DNA of 64,000 bases. It comes from Octopus vulgaris. Its lineage: Eukaryota. The notes below the pieces were generated by a model, which was given only the letters and a program-made list of their open reading frames with translations, did no database searches and was not told where the DNA came from. Below are positions 55,219-64,000 of the stretch, one piece after another (within the stretch, counting starts at the first letter, position 1; each line of letters opens with the position of its first letter). The stretch lies in NCBI GenBank assembly GCA_951406725.2, contig OX597834.1, forward strand, positions 43,214,001 to 43,278,000. The letters are read 5' to 3'. Both the position numbers and the translations under genes were made by a program.

Positions 55219-55262
55219 TTCTTCTTCGCAGTCGATGTCGTCGTCGCCATCCTCCTCTTCCT
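55040..55262. repeat. (CAT/CGT)n and (TTC)n trinucleotide repeats
   Basis: Directly visible; source of poly-F and poly-K pseudo-ORFs. Confidence 0.95.
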
Positions 55263-55332
55263 TCCCCCTCTATTAGTCCTTCATCTTCTCATATATATAC
55301 CCATACATATTCTTGTGTATATACACACACAC

Positions 55333-55405
<73 letters not shown>

Positions 55406-56471
55406 TATACATGTATATATATGTAGATATATATATATATATATATATGTGTGTGTTTGTGTGTATATGTATCTATGAATGTATATACGCATGTATTTAT
55501 GAATACACGCTCATACAAACATATATATGCATATGTAATATGGACATACATATATATGCAACACTACTGATATATATGTGTGTGGGTTTTTGTGTGTGTG
55601 TCTGCTTGTATTACAAAAGGGACGCACTTTCTATATGTGCGTATGTCTGTATATAAATGTGCATATATAAAATGTAAGAATGGTAAAGTTTATGGTCTCA
55701 ACACTGACAGTCTTTTGAGACGTTGTGACAAATACGTTCACAAACACCGTGAAATATTCATTCGCCTATCGGATGTGAATAGCCAACATGGATGTTATTC
55801 CATTGAGGAGTGGAATGCTAACCGCTAGACAGTTGGTTAGGCACCACGAGTGAGGCACCACTATTCTAGGTGACTGATCTACAAATTGATCAATCAGGTT
55901 CAAGCTATGGCGCGATATGCCTTTCTTGAATGTTATAAAATTTACGCTCCGTCACTATAAAAACTGTTTGGCGCTTAACTCATCACGCTATTGTGACGCT
56001 GGCCGGCTGATTCACACAGAGAAACCTGAGACATTCGTGCAGCCAATTCCTTACTGGAAGAGACTTATTCTGAACATTCACACTATTTCCTTTAAGTAAG
56101 TCTTACGGACGTGAAGCTGTTCTTTCACTGCTCCAGAGTAATTAGTAACGTTGTGGATGGCAATTAGCCAAGGCAATATCATTTCCGGGCTATAAATTTT
56201 ACAGTTAAATGTTTGTATCTTTGCTTCAATTATTATTCAAGCAGCTAAATACATTCCTTATGGAAACTTGCATAATATTGATAAAGCCATCCACTTCAAC
56301 AATGGCGACTCAAACTCTCGAAACATATCTAAAATGACCAGCTCAAGTCAAGCAACAGGCAACCGTGTGACACTATAATATTACGTGGGAGAAGCGAAGA
56401 AATTTCAAGTATCTAAATTTTCATATCTGTTACTGGACGAAATAATCTAACTAGATATTAAGCTTATACAT

Positions 56472-56675
56472 GTGGTTAGAGCGTTGGTCTGACAATCGTG
56501 AGGTTGTAAATTATATTCCTGTATTGGGTTGTGCGTTGTGATCCACAACAACACACTTTATTTCACGCTGCCCCAGTTAACTCAGCTGTAGATATGAGTT
56601 GCAACGTCACTCTTGCCAAGCTGTAATGGCCTTTGCCCTTCCCTTGGATAGCAATGGCACTATACAGAGGGGAAG
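56472..56675 (+). mobile_element. SINE-D with tail T3, 3'-truncated
   Basis: GTGGTTAGAGCGTTGG..GAGGTTGT..ACACTTTATTTCACGCTG..GCCAAGCTGTAATGGCCTTTGCCCTTCCCTTGGATAGC, collinear with 29470. Confidence 0.8.
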
Positions 56676-57105
56676 AATGTCGCCCGTGTATATATATATA
56701 TATATATATATACATATATGTATAGAAATTAAATATAAATTACAAAATGAGACAAGAACGCAAAAACACACAAAGAGACGATACAAAAAAACAGACGGGT
56801 CATTCGAATCCTCTAATCTTCAGTCAGGAACCGGATCAGCTTAGCAATTTCGGATGATTAATCCTGATATCGCTCCGATCTCGCCAGCCCCAGAGAAAAA
56901 CTAAGCTACGGGCATTAGATTTCTTGGAAAGAGGATCGAATGTATACGAAACAAGGACAGGATGCCACACGAATATAAATACACGAAACAAAAAATAGAA
57001 ATAAAAAACAAGAATAGTAATAACAGGACAAAACAGCGGGTGTCTTACGACTACAGACAATTTTAAACTTATCTTGGCTGGCGTATTTGAAAAATATATA
57101 TATAT

Positions 57106-57491
57106 ATCAAAATAAGCAACAAGGACATCTAGCGGTAATGCAGTACGATCGTTTCATACAACTCCATTTAATTTAACAATGCAATCATCACATCAATTTA
57201 AATGTAGAGTAATCTTCAGCTGCACAAAGACATGGAATTTAATTAAATTAAAGCAGATGGACGCATTAGTATAATTATACTTTGTCTCTCTCCTTAATTT
57301 ATTGGAGATTTTAAGTATAATCATACTAATGTGTATCCATATGTTTTAATTTAATTAAATTCTATGTCTTTTTGCAGTAGGAGATTGCCCTTCATTTCAA
57401 TGGATGTAATGATTGCACTGTTCAATTAAATGGAGTTGCATGAAACGATCGTACTCCATTAACTCAGGATATCCTTCTTGCTTATTTTGAT
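57106..57491. mobile_element. Fold-back element beside a (TA)n tract, probably Penelope-like pseudo-LTR derived
   Basis: Arms 57106-57282 and 57313-57491 are diverged reverse complements; each carries GAAACGATCGTA. Confidence 0.75.
57139..57224 (-). ncRNA. Type I hammerhead ribozyme motif
   Basis: Minus strand UGCAG-CUGAAGA-[stem II ..ACUCUACAUUUAAAUU...AAUUAAAUGGAGU..]-GAAAC-GAUC-GUA-CUGCA: stem I UGCAG/CUGCA, intact CUGANGA and GAAA, short stem III with palindromic GAUC loop, GUA cleavage triplet. Confidence 0.7.
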
Positions 57492-57584
57492 TTTAATCAA
57501 CTTACTTTGAAATTGCATGGATAATACCGTTCTAAATTCTGATGCCTCAAATAATTACCATATTCACCTGAACCTATGTGTGTG

Positions 57585-57615
<31 letters not shown>

Positions 57616-58508
57616 ATGTATTGGCTGCAGCTGGTCTTTCATGAACAGAATTGACTGGACTTGTGCAATCCCACAGTCATTCATGATAGAATGTGGTCTC
57701 AACCCTTTACCATTAATGATCATTATGCTGTGAGTCACTCTAGATGAAGTCGGTATTTTCCCGGAGTATTATAGACTTGTGATTAGAATATCTCACGAAA
57801 GAATTACAGGGCGGTTTCCTGAAGCTGAGAGGACACTGGCAGGAGACGTAAGATTGAACCAAAAATAAGATGGTCACGTTTGATCATATTTCTAAGCCCA
57901 ACCGGGAAAAAATAGTGGCAGTTACTTTAGAACAAAGCGCGGAGCCAATGAACGGTTAATGGAGTTCGTGTCCCTGTGTGTTTTTCGCTACTGCTTATAT
58001 GATGTGTCACACAGCCAAATTTTCAATTTTCTTGAAAACTCTATATACGAACGAGCAAAATGTCTTTCGTTTTAGGACATGTTTAACTACAAAAATATGT
58101 AGTCTTCTGTGAAAGATGCCTTCAATATAAATATCTTTGTGACATTTCTAAGTAATTTCCAGCCTGGGGAGAGCCGTGTATTCTGGTAGTATATACATGC
58201 ATACATACATACATACATACATACATACATACATACATACATACATACATACATACATACATACATACATACATACATACATACATACATACATACACAC
58301 ACACAAACAAACACAAACACACACACACACACACATACATATATATATATATGTAATATACATGCATATGTATATGTGTGTATACATAATATCTATATAT
58401 ATATATATGTGCATATATATGCATATATATATATATATATCTTTATATATATATATAAACACATATATATATATCCATATATATGTATATATATACATAT
58501 GTATGTAG

Positions 58509-58573
<65 letters not shown>

Positions 58574-59082
58574 AGTATTTTGTGCATGGATATAACCACA
58601 TATACACATATATTTCAATTAATATGCATATATAAACATATGTGTGTGTGTGTGTGTGTGTGTGTATGTATGAATGCCATGTGTTTCTATATACACAGTA
58701 ATATATATTGTGTGTGTAATCTTAGTAAGAGAGCATACAATAGAACCCCCGGATCCATTTGCTGTGTGTATGCGATATCTTTAATCAACCTGCCTCAGCC
58801 ATCAACATTCCTTGTTTCCAGGCAATGCTGTCCTAATTCTGCATTTAATAGTTTTGTTTTAAGAGAAACATGTCTTTTATTGACGAGTATATTTAGTTAC
58901 ACAAACACCCGTCTGCGATCTCCTGTCTTTCCCCCAGCCCCTTATCTTCACCTCTGTACGTTATGTGCTTCCACTGCGATATATTTAAGAATCGTCTGTC
59001 CATCCCGGCCCCTTCAAGATTAACTCTTACCGATTCCAAAGATAAACTAGAATGTCGCCTAGTTCATATGACGGATTTGATT

Positions 59083-59140
<58 letters not shown>

Positions 59141-59465
59141 GCATGCATGTATGTAATGATGATTGTATAATTATAAATGTATGCACACACGTCCGCACTC
59201 TCGAATGATCGCGCATATACAAAGAGTAAGCAGCAAAGAGGAGAGAGAGAGAGAGAGAGGGAGGGAGGAAGAGAGACATAGTTGTGGATATATAGAGAGT
59301 GAGCTACAAGGAGGCGAGAGAGAGAGAGATAGAGAGAGAGACGGTGGTGCGTATCAACTTACACCCTCTTAATATAGTGTTAAGAGCACTTAGAGAAAAC
59401 AAATACTTAAATGAAAGATAAATAGATACTCACCTCCCCCAAACACACGAAACTACACAATGCAA

Positions 59466-59520
<55 letters not shown>

Positions 59521-59573
59521 CGTACGCGTATGCACATGTGTGTGTTTGTATGTGCATGCATGTGTGTGTAAAC

Positions 59574-59612
<39 letters not shown>

Positions 59613-59737
59613 CATATATGTATACACATGTATGTATACATTCATATAAGGCAGTAGATGGATCTATAGCATAAATGCAATTACGACAGGGAAAGTCACG
59701 TGCACAAACACATCGCGAGCAATACTCAGACTAGAGG

Positions 59738-59804
<67 letters not shown>

Positions 59805-59847
59805 TGTATGTATATATATATATATATGCATGTATATATATATATAT

Positions 59848-59878
<31 letters not shown>

Positions 59879-60356
59879 CACACACACATACAGAGTGATA
59901 TCTGCTATGGATGGTTAATATTTAACAGCAATGGCCGTTAGCATTTTTCGTAGGCATACATACATGCATGTCAAGTACTGACGAACATAGCAAGCGGTAC
60001 TTGGAGCAAGAACGACACAGGCTGTAACATATTTTTACAGGCATGAAATTCTATAAACTATAAGAGACACCCAAAGTCTCAAATCTCATTCACATGTGCT
60101 TCTCATATAAAAAGAATATTTAGTCAGAGAGCCGAAGCAAAAACAAACAGAAGAGTATATTGCAGGAAGGCTTTAGCACTTAATTCAATTAAATAGAATA
60201 ATATAGCGTCGTCGAGGTCCGCTGTGTAAGATCTTCACTTGCAGTACCAAAAATACCCTGAGTGACAGCGCCGGGATCCAAATGTGTGTGTGTATGTGTG
60301 TGCGTGTGTGTGTGTGTGTGTACAATTGAAATGCAGAAGAACTCTCTCTAGACATA

Positions 60357-60413
<57 letters not shown>

Positions 60414-60436
60414 TACATATATACAAACACACACAG

Positions 60437-60482
<46 letters not shown>

Positions 60483-60568
60483 ACATAGATATATAGATAG
60501 ATAGAGAGATAGATATATAGAAAGACAGAGACATAGATACATACATACATACATACATACATACATAA

Positions 60569-60608
<40 letters not shown>

Positions 60609-61117
60609 GCATACGCGTACAAATATATGCAAATATCGAAACCTATACATGTCGACAATACAAATGTCAGAAACGTTAATACGTATTTCAATCAAAGCGA
60701 TTTGATTTGGTTTTCAAGATAAGGAAAAGTAAACAAAAACAAGTTTAAGATACGTATGACAAACAAGTTTACGTATATATGTATATGTATGCATGCACGT
60801 ATGTTTATATGTATCTCTGTATGTATGTATGTAGGTATATAGATAGATATATATGTGAGTATATTTGTTTTGTGTTGGTGATCACGTGTGTGATACGTAA
60901 GGGTATAGATGTAGGCATTCGCCGACAAACTGTACATTTCAGTCACGTTCGAGTTTATGAGTCTCGTATTTGTGGAGAAAGGAGAAGTTTCATGGCAAAC
61001 TAAACACAAAAACAAGTGCATTAGGTGTTGCGGTTGTTTATGGCGCTGTTTACACACCTATTACATTAGCAAGCTTTCGTAACTAGCTTTTCCCTATCTA
61101 TCGATAAATGTGAGTTT

Positions 61118-61151
<34 letters not shown>

Positions 61152-61425
61152 TGTTTGTGTGTGTGCGTTGATGTGGTTGTGGTTGTGGTTTTGCTGTATG
61201 TGTGAGTGCGGCGTGTGTATGTGTGCGTCCTGCAATATGATTTAGCCGAGCAGCTAATGGCCTAAATGGAATTGGCAGCAAGGTTAAAATGGAAGCAAAG
61301 TGATGCTTGAGAACTGTACACGACCCGTCTGCACAACACACACACACACACATATGCACTTATTTTACAAACACATGGCCAAAGAGCTATATGCAGACAC
61401 ATGCACTCGCAGACACCGTTGACTA

Positions 61426-61456
<31 letters not shown>

Positions 61457-61473
61457 ATATATATATACATATA

Positions 61474-61541
<68 letters not shown>

Positions 61542-61594
61542 AATATATATATATATATATTTATATGTATGTATATATATATATATATATATAT

Positions 61595-61642
<48 letters not shown>

Positions 61643-61667
61643 ATAAATATATATATATATTTATATG

Positions 61668-61733
<66 letters not shown>

Positions 61734-61734
61734 C

Positions 61735-61774
<40 letters not shown>

Positions 61775-62727
61775 GTATATATATATATATATATGTATAT
61801 GTATGTATGTTTGTATGCATGTATGTATGTGTGTGTGTGTGTGTGTTAGTGTGTAGGTATGTATATGTACGTTCACGCACACAGACATATGTACACGTAT
61901 AGTTGTACTCGCAGATCGACACACACACACACACATACATAGTCTCATAGCCTTTCACCAATTGCTTTAAGTTTATGGAACTGGTGTCTTTTTTCCCAGT
62001 TAACAGAGGAATTAGTAGAATCGGGGAACTGAAAGGCAAAAACATATAAATGAAATAAAGAAACCATCGACTGATATCAAAGCATGCTCTTTGTGAAATC
62101 AAGATATATTTGTAATCAAAATATAAACAAAAGAAGATCGTGGGGCGGAGGGTAACATGATCAGTTTTCATCTAAGAGATTTCGTTTTAGTCATTTCTTA
62201 AGTGTTGAGCGAGTTCGAAGAGATAAAGATGTCGTTTAACGGAGAGAAAACAACAAAAGCCTTGATTAATGTAAAATGAAATAACTCGAAAAGGGCGACT
62301 GTCTGCGCTTGGTGATTCTCAAGGGCGGAAGGGTAGCGCAAACGCATTCAAGCAGTGGAGAAAACAAATGTTTTTATAATAATAGATAGGACAACTTACT
62401 GTATCGTCTAGGACAAGTAATCTTATCGCATAGGTAAATTCGTTCGAATACATATGCAGTTGTCCAGCCACACATCTATACGCACACATATATAAATACA
62501 CAGACGTAATGACATAAACACACTTACCTATACATATACGGACATACACGTATTCTGACACGAAATATAAGATATATAAGAGTAAGAGATGATAGATAAT
62601 CTCCCTTTGGCCGTTCCGCTTTCCCGGTCTGTCTTTCTCTCGATTCGCTACTTCTTCTACTATCGAAACCGGTCAAGATCACATTTCGTAAGACTTTTAT
62701 CTACGGATTGTATTTCAATAGGTAGAC

Positions 62728-62805
<78 letters not shown>

Positions 62806-63659
62806 GTATGGAGGGATGGATGGATGGATGGTTAGATTGATAGATAGGCAGCTTGACAGATAGATCGATCAATAGATAGATATATAAATAGATAGATAGG
62901 CATATAGAGTGATAGGTAGATAAATAGACTGACAGACAGACAAATAGATAGATAGACAGATAGACAGACCGATAGATAAGTAGATAGATAGAACGATAGA
63001 TAGATAGAAAGAAAGATAAATTGATATATTCGGTTGTTTTCGGCATGTTTTTTCTATCAAGTTTTCATATGTAAGCTTTTTTTTTTCATTATTCAACTGA
63101 AGATATCATATGAGACATTTGTCAATATACCGTACAGCGAGCGCGAACCTGCAACCAAGTCAATACGAACCCAACTTCTGAGCAACATAACCAACCCAAC
63201 GATTATACCTCAGGCAGAAAAAATGTCCTCGAACAATGTTTGTGAATGAAATTCTGCCAATGTTGTTGATCAGTGACCGCTTTAGCACGGACAAAAGATT
63301 TTGATGTATTTAGGTTTGTACCTGCAAGTGGTAGGGTCAAATCCGGTCATGTCTTTTTATTACTTTAGTTAAATGAGAGAGTTTATACCCAGTTCATAGC
63401 GTTGATTCAAGCAATTAAACCCAATAATTGAGCTGGAGAAACGTGAAAGAGAAATCAATATTTTTAAAGCTTAAGAGAATATTTCAAAGGGATTCAAATA
63501 TCCACAACGATGTTTCAAGGCAACGAGGACAAAATTAATGAGAAGCAAGAGATGCTAGAAATAGCAGCTAAAATTAGTTTCAATTTTTCATCTTCTAAAA
63601 CTTGGGTGAATAATCTGCATCTGCAGAAAATAAAGCTTGAGTGATCAGCATTTGAAAAT

Positions 63660-63866
63660 CCCCTTGATTTAGTTTGGGAAAAAACGGTAAGTAGAGCTTA
63701 AATCGGTTATATTGACATTAGTGATCAACTGGTATATATGTTATCGCTTCCGAGGGGATTAAAGGCAAAGTCAAGCATGGCGGAGTTTAAACTCAGAGCA
63801 TAAAAAGTGATGAAATATCATTAGGCTTATTGTCCGGTGTGTTAATCGTTTCTGCCATATCGCCAT
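63660..63866 (-). mobile_element. SINE-B, old diverged copy
   Basis: CGAGGGGATTAAAGGCAAAGTCAAGCATGGCGGAGTTTAAACTCAGAGC...TCTGCCATATCGCC; another B2 tail starts at 63910-63945. Confidence 0.7.
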
Positions 63867-64000
63867 AGCATAATAATAATTTGTATTGAGACAATAGGAG
63901 GATTAACGGTTTCCAATTTTGCACAAAGCCAGTAAATTTCAGGAGTAGCGGTTTGTGATATGATGTGATATATCATGATGCAATAACAAAAAAACGGCTG

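Noticed and set aside
56787-56828. Hammerhead-like CTGAAGA...CGAATGACCCGTC on the minus strand
   Set aside because: GAAA box is GAAU and stems I and II do not pair convincingly.

Overview
Very AT-rich, microsatellite-saturated animal DNA with no supportable host exon, tRNA, rRNA or CRISPR array. It reads as a large intron or a gene desert. The repeat set (tRNA-headed SINEs with internal (TA)n/(TG)n tracts and CORE-like cores, in long (TA)n/(CTAT)n/(CA)n tracts) resembles an Octopus/coleoid cephalopod genome; this is recognition, not a search result. Nearly all listed ORFs are microsatellite artefacts. Real coding remnants are all decayed transposons: three mariner pieces, one DD36E Tc1-like piece, one CR1/L2-group LINE end, one L1/Tx1-group LINE end and three RTE fragments, plus a non-coding Helitron. 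Four SINE head types occur (A-D, my labels). Most interesting signals: (1) fold-back inserts next to (TA)n tracts that carry type I hammerhead ribozyme motifs, probably Penelope-like/retrozyme derived (best at 57139-57224 minus and 11410-11446 plus); (2) a SINE whose 3' tail matches an L1/Tx1-like LINE end in the same window and which also forms multimers with a second tail; (3) combinatorial head-by-tail shuffling among SINEs; (4) an 88-bp inverted templated insertion inside a mariner element. Coordinates were read by eye and diverged ends may be off by a few bases.
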